Below, in pieces: positions 1-12,900 of a DNA stretch of 64,000 nucleotides. Source of the DNA: Nitrospirales bacterium (lineage in GTDB: Bacteria; Nitrospirota; Nitrospiria; Nitrospirales; UBA8639); contig CBDBCZ010000017.1 in assembly GCA_965203295.1 (NCBI GenBank), positions 1,088,001 through 1,152,000 on the forward strand. The letters are read 5' to 3'. A model generated the notes under the pieces. The model was not told where the DNA came from and searched no databases. It saw nothing but the letters and a program-made list of their open reading frames with translations. Position 1 is the stretch's first letter, and the number at the start of each line of letters is the position of its first letter. A program made the position numbers and the translations under genes.

Positions 1-2082
1 CACGTGTGGGGGGCACACTGTAGCCTCCTTCCCAGGCTCTCAGCAAATGAAAAGCTGGATGAGAGCCTGGGAAGGAGGCTAGCACACATCGTAGCTGCGC
101 ACATCAGTGCAAGAACAGTGATCCCAGCTCTCGTATACATCTTTATCTTTGATTTAGTCGAAAGACTTTGAGCTTTACGATGCTAGCTACCTGTGAAAGT
201 AACCTCCAGCTACATGGACAGTGTCCTAACCCTGCAGAGGTAGTTTTGAAAGAACGATGCTTCTCAAGAGTGTAAAACATGGCTGCAATTTCAATTACAT
301 TCTTTCAACCACATCAGAAAAAAAAACACGCACACACTGGAAATTGGGGGATCACTACTCTTTCACCCTTTAGCCCACAACACTGTGCTGTACATGTACT
401 TAAGTCTATCCCATATTCCTGCAAAAACAATACAAAAAAAATTGCTCTTTGCGATGGCTGGAGAGAATATGGCCAAGACAAGACATTGGTATGAGGTATA
501 CCCTTTTTCCCACGCCAGCCCCTAGCAATTAAGGGGATTTTGTCTAACGCTGCACTGGATGATGGAGCCGCAGTGACTGGAGAGAAAAGAGGTTGCCAGG
601 TGTTGAGGCCCATTGTGTGGAAACAAAAAAACATGCCCACAACATTAATGAGATTAATAATTACATAATTATCTTTTGCACCGCCTACCGGGTCTTATTT
701 TTGTACGTGTCTGTCCTTGCAACATTTGGTGTGGCCTTGAGAAAGAGCTGGAAAGATCAGAATCTCTTATACGCCTATCAGGTACAGATACTTGATCCCA
801 GGATTGAATTCGTTAGCTAAGTAGCCCATTGAAAGTAAAAAAAAAGACAGACAGATAGACAATTGCTCAACAGGCCAATAACATTTCTCCAGAAAAGGAG
901 ACAATTGCTTAACCCATTGCGCAACCATAGCTTAGAGGCAGTTAGTTACATAGTTTAGGGGTGACCAGCTCTGCTGAATAGACACTATACACATGATCAC
1001 AGGCAATCATCTGCTTCAAGCTGAGCAGCTCTAAGGAAGTGATCTATATATGTCTAAGGACACAGTACAGTAAAGGCTGATATTGTCTTACTATTTCCTA
1101 TGATGTCATACTATTTCCTATGATGTAATGTGTTGATCATGTGACAGAGTCACTGGCCACCTGGCATATACTATATATCACACAAAGCACACCTGCTACA
1201 CATGTAGCAGCAATAGAACAATGTGCAGTGGACACATCAAAGATAATCCAGCCACATATGTACAAACAACAGATTCTATGGAACAAAAATACAGCCCTAT
1301 TCCCAGGCCAGTGCCATTTTCAGTTACACAAACAATCACAGGGCCTGGGATCTAAAGTCACGTGATCAACTTACATCATCCAATTTGAAAGACAAATTTG
1401 TTTCTCTTTATTTTAAATGTTCAGCGGTATGAACATAGTTGGTTTTATGAGCATACCTGTAATATTCACAAGCCTACTTACATGTAGCCTTAACCTCAAG
1501 GCCCTCCCTGCACTCGTGAAAATAAAAAAGAAAAGTAATCTATTTTCGTGAGTGGGGGGAAGGCCTGGGTTGAGGCTTGGTACATGTTACCATAGAGACA
1601 GATTTTTCTGAGCTTTATATCTCGCTGAACGTAGACACACAAGCCATCATATTTAGGCCACACGCTCTATCCCACCCAGGTACCAAGTAGGTTTGATCAT
1701 GGGTGGCACGCTCTATTCCCTGCCGTGTGGAGCTACCAGTCTACCCTGCAATGAGTTCATGCATGTCTCTCTTTGTTCTAGGCATACTGATAGGTGGTGG
1801 CTAGTATAAATAACCCATCTGGGAGCTTTATCGAGGCACGAGTCCGTAGGCAGCTAAGACTTCAGCTAAAGAGTTCTGTTCGGGCTCATAGAGCTTGCCA
1901 CCCATGATCAATCCTATACATAGCTATTGGAACTATGTCAATCACAACAGCACACCACTTAATGTGGTGTAGACCCATTACAGGACCAAAGCTGACACAA
2001 TGGAGGAGAGTTTGGACTGTGTCAACTGTCTGTGTGTATATAGGCAATGGGTAAATTGAATTCACCACCTGTGACAGCATAT

Positions 2083-2313
2083 GCTACAACTTGTGCTATT
2101 ACTAAACTCAGAAATTATCACCCATCTTCAGCATTGCCTTACACAATACATGAGCTTCATTAACACTACAACTTGTGCTATAACTAAACTCAATTATCAC
2201 CCATCTTCAGCATTGCAGTTACACAATACATGAGCTCATTAACACTACAACTTGTGCTATAACTAAACTCAGAAATTATCACCATCTTCAGCATTGCAGT
2301 TACACAATACATG
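2083..2313 (+). repeat. Tandem repeat, ~80 bp unit x3
   Basis: CTACAACTTGTGCTA(T)TAACTAAACTCA...CATCTTCAGCATTGC...TTACACAATACATG occurs three times in tandem. Confidence 0.9.
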
Positions 2314-2959
2314 TAGCTTGCTAATGCTCATCAATGGCTTGTACTTTAAGGAGACTATTATTTGAGGTTCAAAATTTAGCAGACTGGACATATATTATAG
2401 CGGATTTGAAAAGAATTAATCTAATCGATTTAAAATACCATGTCACGAAACTGTACAGAGGTTTGCAGGGTGGTTGACAGTTGTCCAGTGCAATGGGCAA
2501 ATGGAAGTTGACTGTGTAAACTGTTAGCCTTTGATTCTGACAGCCTAACCTAATTAAGCTACTTAGGAGCCACTGTCTATTTGCCTTCTTCTCCTGTGGA
2601 CAACCAACCTGCAAGCCTCTGTATTACTTGCATATATGTGCGTAAATAACTTGCACACTCTATACATGTAGAGCGTACATGTGGGTAAATATGTGTGTAT
2701 ATGCATGCAATTAAGTATGCGCAGACGTTAACTGAGATGTGCAGAGCTTGCTCACGCACGAGTAGTAATTTTTACAGGTACAAAATTCAGTGAATTTGCC
2801 AAAATCGCTAATTTGCGCTAAAACTAGTAATAGTCACCTTAAGGTAAATAGTTCACGAATTAAACTGGTAATGCCAGCTTCACAAGCCGGTCATAAAAGC
2901 TCACGATTATCTCGCAAAGGCTTATTTTGCAACATACTCTTACATGTGGCTGGGTCCTA

Positions 2960-3165
2960 TACTGGCAAGTGCTACTAGCGGGTTTAGTGGCTATATAAAG
3001 CTTGCCTACTTCTTCTCTGCCAATAGGTCAATTGGTAAGAGCATCTGACTAGTATTCAGAAGGTCCTGGGCTCAATCCCCAGCCGGGTTCCGTTTTTTTT
3101 TCTCGGGATTTCTTTACTCTCTCAGAAAGCTTATTATATATCTTGAAGAGTTTGCAATGTACACT
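2960..3165 (+). mobile_element. Dispersed repeat containing a tRNA-Thr(AGT)-like cassette (SINE-like)
   Basis: Anticodon arm TCTGA-CTAGTAT-TCAGA, B-box-like GGCTCAATCC and a T-run. An inverted second copy with the same flanks lies at ~10540-10760. Confidence 0.65.
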
Positions 3166-3454
3166 CAATATTCTGAAAGCTGGCCAACATGGTAATAGCA
3201 AATCAGACCTTCTATAGGCTGGAATGGCAACACTCAGCCGTTGGCCAGAAGAGAGTCTCGGCCTAATCTACCCCCTCTCCTCCGGCAACAACGGCTACAC
3301 AAATAGCAGAAACCACGGAATCAAAGATGAAAGACGAAGCCATTAGCTCGACCTATACCACTCAACTGAGAGTCATCTCGAAGGAGACACTGCGTCCCAT
3401 TGTAACGGCACGCAATAGCAAAATAGAGATTACATCTTGGCACAGGATAAAGTA

Positions 3455-3855
3455 TGTCTTGTAAAAAATTAATTCAACATCAGCAAGATTTGTCAGGCAT
3501 AAAACGAAACAACAGAATGAATGTGGGAACTGGGCGCATTCAGACATCACAAAAGATTATTAATGAGACGCCTTTCTTAGAACAGGAATAAACAAAAGAA
3601 CTGGCTTGTAAATATATTTCAACATCAGCCAAATTTGTCAGGCATAAAACGAAACAACAGAATGAATATGGGAATTGGGCCTATTCAGACATCACATGCG
3701 ACAGAAAACTTTGCGGCCCGGTCCATTCAGCCGCTCACAAAAGATAATTAATGAGACGCCTTTCTTGGAACGGGAATAAAAAAAACAAATAAAAAGAACT
3801 GGCTTGTAAATTTATTTCAACATCAGCAAGAATTTGTCAGGCATAAAAAGAGAAC
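3455..3855 (+). repeat. Degenerate direct repeats (~3 copies)
   Basis: CTTGTAAA...TTCAACATCAGC...TTTGTCAGGCATAAAA recurs near 3460, 3605 and 3803. Confidence 0.75.
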
Positions 3856-4538
3856 AAATGTGTCCCATTGAGCCATCCAGACATCATGGGTCGCTCATTG
3901 TAAAGTTTCTCCAATTTCAACCCGAAGTTCAGCAGAAGTTTGCTAATGTTAAGAAACGACAGCAAATGAAAGAACTCCTGCTGACGTTTCGAAATGACAG
4001 TAATTAAAAGAACATCTGCTGAACTTCAGGAATTCACAATGAATTCTACTAGCCAACCAAGAGAATTGTGAATAATTACAGACAATCTTTGAGAAGACTT
4101 TTGCCGGCCATTCAGAGGCTCGCAATTAACGAAAAGGGACAACACCTTGGCACAGAAAACTGTCTCACGAAATTCCGTCTACACCGGCAAAAAAAATTGC
4201 CAGGCCTAAATTTTAAACAGGAACAAATGTGTGAATGGAACACCATTGCATCATTCAGCAATTTTTGTGAACACTTTGCCGACCCATTCATCAGCTCCCA
4301 ATAGCGAAATCAGACGACACTTTTGGCACAGAAAATTGGCTGACCAACTTTAAAATCCATATCAACACGGCATAAACACAGAATGAATGTGCAAATTGAA
4401 CTATTCATACGGCTACATCACAACAAAAGCTTTTCATTGCTAGGTTAAACGTCCAGACATCACTGGTGTTCATAGCTATCTCTATGGAGACTCCTACTGC
4501 AAAGCAACAGAAGTAAGTGGTATCAGTTCCTTGGACTC

Positions 4539-4620
<82 letters not shown>

Positions 4621-6486
4621 AGCAGCAACTGCATTCAGCAATGACATGTTCGAGTCTTTGAGTATTTATAACTTAAATGTACCCCCTAAATGAGGACACC
4701 TCTCTATACAGGACACTTCACCAGGTCCCCAAGGTGTCCATAATAGAGGGGTTCCACTGTATACCTGTACCCCCTCTCTCCACGAATCCCTTCTATATCC
4801 ATTACTTTGTAACGATGTTAGGACAAAAACCAACAAAATCCATCTCAATGAAAGACACCACTGGCTATTATTGCAAGAACATGTATGTACACAGCCATAA
4901 TACACACGGACAACATTTTAACATGGGATTTTCCATGCTTGCATGTGAACCAATTTGCTCATGTAATGATCGGGTTTGTGGAAGTGAGGACAAAAAATCA
5001 ACAAAATCCCTCAAATCCACCACAACAAAAAGCCAACCACTGCACTTGCTAATAATGCTAGTACGTGTACATAGTCATACACACAATAACCACCGGAATA
5101 GTCCACTACACAACATCAATAAACAATAAGAGCTTGAACGAGGACAACACAACACAATCTTCCTCGCTTGCTTGTGAACCAGCTCGTACAATGTGTAATG
5201 TGTGGGTGTATGGAAGCTACACCTCTTACTGGAACAAGTAAACATAGTTGGGTATGTACACTGTCGACTGTCCTGTATGAGCCATAGATTTTATGAGTGG
5301 AACATAGCCGAGAGCCAAGTTGGTGTGTGTCTTGAGGGAGTTCATCAATTAAGAATGTGGAAACACATTAGCAATGAGTTCCCACATTCTCCCTTGAGAC
5401 CCACGCACACCAACTTGGCTCTAGCTTGGCTGTGTTCACTTACTTGAAACTTAAACAACAACTGAACCATACATATTAACCCATATGTTAGCCACGTATA
5501 TCCACATATGTGGGAATAGGTAAATGAATAAAGCATGTCTAGTCACATATATCCACACATGTGGGAACAGGTAAATTAATAAAGCATGTCCGTGCAGATG
5601 AAAGTATGTGGAATGTGGTGGTCACAGTCCTGGGAATTGGGAGCAATTAAGAATGTCCGCATGAAAAAACAAACATCATTTCTCTCGCCATAGATCAGTC
5701 AATGGACTGTAAACCACATCATCAGCATGGCAGGGGACTGAGAAATCCCTGACCTGCAAGGCGCGACAACAGTTCGGAAGAATAAGGGACGAAAGGTACC
5801 TCTTGGCTATCTGATCCGTGGGTGGTAATGTGAGAACCGTTTTCCTCGGAATTTTGTTAGATTCCACGACTGGTGTTTTTCTGATGCCATGCCACCCGTA
5901 TGCAGATATAATTATGTAGATTTACGAATTACTAGTCCTAGTCCATTATAGTTGTAGTATGTACGTATATAATACTATTTGTGCCTGAGGCAATTGTGAG
6001 CTTGAGCTTCCCTATTGGTCACCTTCAGTCACATGATGAACAGTAATAACAAACAGGTAAGAATATATAGCTCGCTCCAGCCCCCCATATTTCGTCTAAT
6101 TAAGACAGGAAACAGGAAATGTACAGCCAGTAACCACATTGTTTGTTAGCTTCCAGATTGATAGTGGGCAGGTGCTCTGGCATCAAAACCCCCAAAAAAA
6201 ATTCCCACAGGAATAACAGCATTATAAAATGTTTACAAGTGTTTCCACGATCAACGCCGCTTCCTAATATGGCCCCAACACACCTTAACTTCCCTGTTCT
6301 CAAGCACACCTGAAACACTGACTGCCCCACGACATTGCACTCCTCTTTCTCACTCTTGACGAAACAGGATGAAGCAAGGAAATACTCTCAGGTTCTGACT
6401 AAGAAAACAGCTCTTATTATCATGACTTACGGCGCTTACAAGACAAAAAAAACGTCCACCAAAATTCCAATAATAGTAAGGCACTA

Positions 6487-6624
6487 CAGTGGAACACCTC
6501 TTTGTGGACATCTTGGAGACCTGGTGAAGTGTCCTGTATTGAGAGGTGTTCTCGCTTCTATTAAGTATATATGGGACATAACAAAGTGCCCTTAGTACAG
6601 GTGTCCTTTAAGAGGGTTCCACTG
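6487..6624. mobile_element. Tc1/mariner-pogo-type MITE (CAGTGG termini, TA flanks)
   Basis: TA|CAGTGGAACACCTCTT ... AAGAGGGTTCCACTG|TA. Relatives at ~4680-4760, 14515-14649 and 11553-12190. Confidence 0.75.
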
Positions 6625-7766
6625 TACTGATATATGTAAATGGGGATGCCATTATATTCCGGGGCCATCCCTACATATGGAGTACTAGCCTAGTGCGTGA
6701 TATGGCCATTATGACAATGAAGTGGAATTTGATTAATACAAGGGCAGCACCATTATAGTTTTTGGAAGCTCTAGCTTTTGTATATCAGTAAATGACAAAT
6801 ATCTCTCATAACTGTGGCTTGCTATTTTCCTTTTTCTGAAGTGCCTAAAGATGATTTCAGATGCTCCCTCATATATACAGCCTGTTAAGACACGCCACAC
6901 ATTATGGGAACGGTATTCCCTACCTACTCACACACCAGTGCAATTCTGAATTCCCTCAAACAGGAGAATCTAAACCTAAAGCACGGCTACTACATATACA
7001 GTGCATCCATAGCCCGGGGGCAGCTTCTTTTTGCCATGTACAAATATTGCAGTCTACATGCTACTGTATTGAAATACGGGGTCTGGGAATGACGCTACGT
7101 CGTTATAGTAACCCATGGGGACTGGAACCTGGGTATATACTAACTCATGGGATGGGGACGGGAGCCTGGGAATGAGGCTATATGCCACTATACTAACACA
7201 ATTGGGACGGGAATGGGAGGATTACTGACTAATCAAGGGGGCATTTGCAAGTAAATTGATAAGAACACCACATGTCGTTAAACAAGTCTCTACAACATTT
7301 ACAGCCAGGATGAATACACAGCCCTTTCAGGCACGCCAGATAGCTACATGCGTCAGATAAAAAGATCACGAGTGCACTCCTGGCTAGGGAAGCTACTGTA
7401 TGTCTGCTCTCGTTCCATGCACATGTAGCCTCATTCCCAGGCCTGCAACGTTTTCAAAAGTTGACCCAGTGACTTTCCTTAGTGCAACCGAAAGTCACCA
7501 AAAGTTGACACAGTGATTTTCCTTAGTGCAACCAAAAGTCATGGGCCTGGGAAGGAGGCTAGCAATAACATGATGAATGGTGCAAATGAAGTTACAGAAG
7601 TGCAGGGGGGGAGGAGGGGGGGGGGGGGAACTTTGGTAGTCATTTTGTGTTTTTCCATGTGTTTTTTTTTGTGCACAAATAATACATTTAAAAGACAAAA
7701 GACAATGAAATAGTGAATAGCTTGTGGTCGCAATCAAACGGTATCATGACAGATATATAAATCGGG

Positions 7767-8350
7767 GAAAAGAGTGTAGTACTTCATTTTAAAACCATAT
7801 CCTTTTGCTAATCCAGCACACACGCTCCAACAAAACTCCACCAGTACTACCTCCACAGCTCAAAACCCTTCATCCATAGTCTCGCGGGCCAGGCTAAACT
7901 AGTCTGGCTCGCGAGACTACTTCACCCATGTGACAATGAAAACAATCCGGATACTTCAGTATCAAGAACACGCGCAAAATTCATACAATTGCGCGCAACT
8001 CTCTCAGCGCAGTGTAATACACGTACAATGTGGGGCTAGCTGGTACTACAGAAAAGAGTGTAGTACTTCATTTTAAAACCATCCTTTTGCTAATCCAGCA
8101 CACACGCTCCAACAAAACTCCACCAGTACTACCTCCACAGCTCAAAACCCTTCATCCATAGTCTCGCGGGCCAGGCTAACTAGTCTGGCTCGCGAGACTA
8201 CTTCACCCATGTGACAAATTAGAAAACAATCCGGATACTTCAGTATCAAGAACACGCGCAAAATTCATTCTCAAATGCACACAATTGCACGCAACTCTCT
8301 CAGCGCAGTGTAATACACGTACAATATAGGGCTAGCTGGTACTACAGAAA
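7767..8350 (+). repeat. Tandem duplication, ~285-295 bp x2, each containing a 42-43-bp TAG..CTA hairpin insertion
   Basis: GAAAAGAGTGTAGTACTTCATTTTAAAACCAT starts at 7767 and 8051; both units end GGGCTAGCTGGTACTACAGAAA. Confidence 0.9.
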
Positions 8351-8470
8351 CTGGTGTATCAGTCAATGACAATCATGCGCCTGCAAACCATTTGGAAGCG
8401 AAATTCTATATGCACGAGACTACTCACTTCTCTCTCTCTCTTTCTCTCTCACACACGCACGTACGCTCAC

Positions 8471-8558
8471 CTCCCTGTACTAGACACCCTCCTAGTACGG
8501 CCACCAAGAGGAGGAGGCCAAGAGTATGGAGCCCGCTTTCTCTGTGTGCTGCACCCAT
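8471..8558 (-). CDS. First coding exon (signal peptide) of an unidentified secreted/membrane protein gene running leftwards
   Basis: ATG at 8558 reads MGAAHRESGLHTLGLLLLVAVLGGCLVQG, followed by a phase-1 GTGAG donor at 8470. Hydrophobic core with a small-residue cleavage site; CpG-rich upstream region. Downstream exons not confidently located. Confidence 0.65.
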
Positions 8559-8599
8559 ATTCAAAATGACACTCCAAGTCTTCACTCAGCTCAGTGAGG

Positions 8600-9100
8600 C
8601 GAGTCGACGGTGATAAATGATGATCGAACAAGTGGATCGCAAGTAGGTCCCAACAGATTAACGCTTCAGCGTGTCTTCACTCTCACAAACTAAGCTAAAC
8701 GGCAGCAGTGGAGTACAAGTGCTGATGCCGCGCGGTAGAATAAATTTATGTGCACATGTGTCGTTTATGATGATTGCGGTTATGTTATAAACGCCCACCG
8801 GATTGGATGATTTATAGTTACGCCCACGTGAGGCTTCCGTTATTAAAACCGCGATTTTGCCGGGAAATCCTCCTCACTTCGTTTGACTCGCGAGAATAGG
8901 TGTGAGTTCCCTTAGCTACGGCTGAGTGTAAAGTGATAACCGCTTATAAACGCTTTACACTCCATAAACTGCAGAAAAGGCAAGCAACCACTTGCGAGTT
9001 CCTTCGGACAAAGGTCAGCGTTTGCACGATCGATCGATCGGGTATTTGTGTAAGTCTGCAGAAAGAGGGCGTGGCACGGATATGCTGCACGACATTGCGG
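8600..9100. promoter_or_regulatory. CpG-rich, probably bidirectional promoter region between the minus-strand signal-peptide gene and ODF3-like gene
   Basis: Locally high CpG density between two divergent genes. The ODF3 ATG exon starts after an acceptor (CCACAG, 9990), which implies an upstream non-coding exon. Confidence 0.4.
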
Positions 9101-9996
9101 TCTGGTATGTAGGCAAACTAACGGTCTGGGAGTTGCCTTTTGGGCTTAGTAGGGGTGTGACCGATAATTGTTGGCATCAACATTGATTCCGGCACGAATA
9201 TTTTAGTTCAAGAAGCCATATTATTGCAAACTGAAGCCATACTGTTGCAACATATAGGTTCCCGATGAATACATGTACAAGTACCCCACTCTAATGTTTG
9301 AGAGCAAACAGTATTCGCGAAATGGACTCGTGTGTGGGGGGAATAGGTGCAGCTGTCAACTTACATTGTACTTTGTCTAAATACATGTAATGTCTACTAT
9401 GTGCTTTGAGGTGTTCTTGCTCTCTGTGGTGAGAACTCATCATGTTGCATGAGAGACTCAACGAGACCAGACTGATCTGATTTCCGAGTGGCTACTCCGA
9501 CGGTTAGGATTAGGATTAGGATTGTAGGGCTTAGCTAAAGGCCAACCTTTTGGATTCAGAGCTAGCTGTCTGGTGTAGCCTCGAACCTAGCCGCCCCAAC
9601 TTTTTTCGCTTGCATGAAGCAAAAAGCGCTTCATGGTGTCAGTATCAAGATGCAGGCTATAGTGGACGAGCGCGCATGGGTGTACATTGCCTATATAATG
9701 TACTTCATGCCAAACCAATAGCCATGTCCTAAAAATTTAACTATGTGTCTGTCTGTCTGTACATACCATCCTACCATCAATGTAATGCAGCAGAACGTAT
9801 TGATACATCTACATGTACATGTACTTGTATTAGTAGGAGTGACAGAAATTTGAGACTGGCCCTATTTGCTAATTGGTGCCTAATTGGTGCCTCCCACATT
9901 GATCATACATATGCCATATGGTGCTGTATGCTGTGTACATGTAGGTCAAAGCTGTAAATTTAAATTCTTGGATGCATGACCCATCCACAGGCAGCG

Positions 9997-12900
9997 ATGG
10001 TGCTGAACGTCGTCTCCCCCAGCTTTCGCCCTGGGGGCACAGCCAGTCCTGAGAAGCGACGACCAAAAATTGCTGCCATGGAAACCGGGCCTGGGCCGGC
10101 GGTGTACTGTTTACCTGGTATGTACAATGTGTGCCAGTGTGCATGCATGTATGTAAGTTGACTACTAGACAAAATATAGAAGTATCTATGGAGCATCAAG
10201 TTTCAGCTGAAGTGTAACATTTACTAACGGTTAGATACCTATTTACATACCAAGTCATAACTGATTGGATTGTGCAAGATCACTCTTTTTATAATGACAG
10301 TATCACTTCTACTTCACTCAATACTAAGTCACGACTTGTTAATGGTTGTGGAGGGTGTACACATACCCAAGTATTGAGCTAATTGCAGTGGTAACTTTGG
10401 ATTGCGCATCATTTTTACAATTTAATATTTGGGCTGAGAGTGAGCTTCGGGGTTTCAGATAAACAGTACAACCAACACATTCTCTCTCAAGACTGTGTAT
10501 AGTCACTATCATATATATATAAGCGGTGTTTCTTCTCAGTTACATTGCAAAGTCTTCGAGATTATAAGAGAGAGTAAAGAAATTCCCCCTCCCCCCCCCC
10601 CCCCCCCCAAAAAAAAAAACGGGACCCAGCTGGGGATTGAACCCAAGACCTTCTGAATACTAGTCAGATGTGCTTACCACTGAACTACTGGAGTCCCTTG
10701 GCAGAGGAGCAGTAGGCAAGCTTTATATTGCCACTAAACCCGCTAGTAGCACTTGCTAGTAAGACCCATCCAATTCCAACCATAATTACTCTCTCATTAG
10801 GCCTCTCCCCCATCTCCATAACAGGTACCTGTGGTCGTGTAGGGCACGATGCCTCACGACACCAGAGCCCCGCCTTCTCCTTCGGAGTGAAGACGAAGCA
10901 GTCCTCGTCAGTGATCCTGGTCTCCCACAGTCCTGGGCCTGTCCACTTTGTGTCCCCTAGCATAACACGGAGGGGCAAGGATGGAACGGCAGCGTATTCC
11001 ATATATGGAAGACCCAAAGATCTCCGGTCGGCAAAGACACCTGGACCATGTATGAAATGCACAGCAAGAAAGCTTAAGTTTCCAAAAAGTCCACAAGCTT
11101 GGGCACTAAGTACTGTACAAATAGCTTCCAAGCTGGGAAATGGACTTAGTACAAACTGTACAAAGCCAGCTTGTATTCCTTGAATAGTATACTAAAGATG
11201 CTGACCAAGCCTAGTTATTCCAGGGAAAGAGGAAAGTCATATGATTGTTTATTCAGTGAACTGTGCACTGAGCATAGAGTGGTGTCATTTTAGGTGAATA
11301 CACATGATGACCTAAAGCAGACTTGAAGTGTCATTGTAGCTGCAGACCCTCTTCTGCTTTGGGAGAGCCTGGCAACGAGACTAGCTTGTGCTAACCAGTA
11401 ATATTAGCCAGGTGCAAATTGTGTTTTGTGACCTGGGAATGAGGCCTGAGAATGAGACGAAGTCTCCAAAGAAATATGCATATACACGGTGCATAAGCCC
11501 GACTGTGCATAATGGCTCAATCCACCCAAAACAGTGGAGGGGACTGATCTATATACAGTAAACCCCTCTACTGCGGACACCTTGCATGGGGACCTGGTGA
11601 AGTATCATGTATACAGTGGAACCCCTCTACTGCGGACACCTTGCATGGGGACCTGGTGAAGTGTCCTGTATACAGTGGAACCCCTCTATTGCGGACACCT
11701 TGCATGGGGACCTGGTGAAGTGTCCTGTATACAGTGGAACCCCTCTATTGCGGACACCTTGCATGGGGACCTGGTGAAGTGTCCTGTATACAGTGGAACC
11801 CCTCTATTGCGGACACCTTGCATGGGGACCTGGTGAAGTGTCCTGTATACAGTGGAACCCCTCTATTGCGGACACCTTGCATGGGGACCTGGTGAAGTGT
11901 CCTGTATACAGTAAAACCCCTCTATTGCGGACACCTTGCATGGGGACCTGGTGAAGTATCATGTATACAGTGGAACCCCTCTACTGCGGACACCTTGCAT
12001 GGGGACCGGGTGAAGTGTCCTGTATACAGTAAAACCCCTCTACTGCGGACACCTTGCATGGGGACCTGGTGAAGTATCATGTATAAAGGTGTCCTCATTT
12101 CAGGGGTAGATTTATATTAAGCAAAGTGTCCTTATAGCCAATACAGCGGTGTCCTTGAGTCAGGGGTGTCCTTTAAGAGGGGATCCACTTTAGTACAGCG
12201 GGAATATTCCCACTCCTAAAACGACATGTCATACAGAATTACATAAGAACTTTACTTGGCATGAAAGCACTGCTAGCTACGTACAACACTTCCACTAGCA
12301 CTAGCTTCATAGCACCCCAATTCAAGAGACTGACTTATTCCCCCACACAAAAGTGCTGTTGTGGTTACACCTTTGCATTAGTGCATGCCTCTGTCAGTCT
12401 ATGTCAGGGGTCGTGCTCTTGACTTCCTGCAATACCTTGTTGACAGGTTGTGCTGCCAGTTAGTGGTGCAGAGTCAAAGCAATTCTCTTTGATAAGAGCT
12501 ATAGCTGAGTCTACATATGTGTTTATGTTTTCATTCAGGAAAGTGATAAACAGGTGATCATAAACAGGGAGATGTGATAGTAGTTGAGATTCAGTTTCAT
12601 CTTGTGTTCACACCAAACCACTCCCTCTGGCGTCCTAACGCTGACCATGGACCCACCTCAGAGGAATCATTACCACATATACCATACTGTACCTGTACAA
12701 TGTACACTCGCCACTATTTAGCATGTATAGTCCGTATACTTGCTGACAGATGTACAACTTAAAAAATATGTATAATCATGTAGTCACAACATTCATTTTC
12801 TCTTGATATACAACACGCATCATTCACGGCAAGCCAATCATATTTGGGCTTCTAGCTGTTATCTAGCTGCATATAATACTAGCTTCATCTGACTGAGAGT

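Noticed and set aside
5676..5867. Possible coding fragment (63 aa, minus strand)
   Set aside because: No recognisable motif or splice context; may be a TE remnant.
10620..10695. Functional tRNA-Thr gene
   Set aside because: Imperfect acceptor and D stems and part of a dispersed repeat; treated as tRNA-derived.
11553..12084. CRISPR-like array
   Set aside because: Units are contiguous near-identical 59-mers with no unique spacers, in a eukaryotic intron, with no cas genes.
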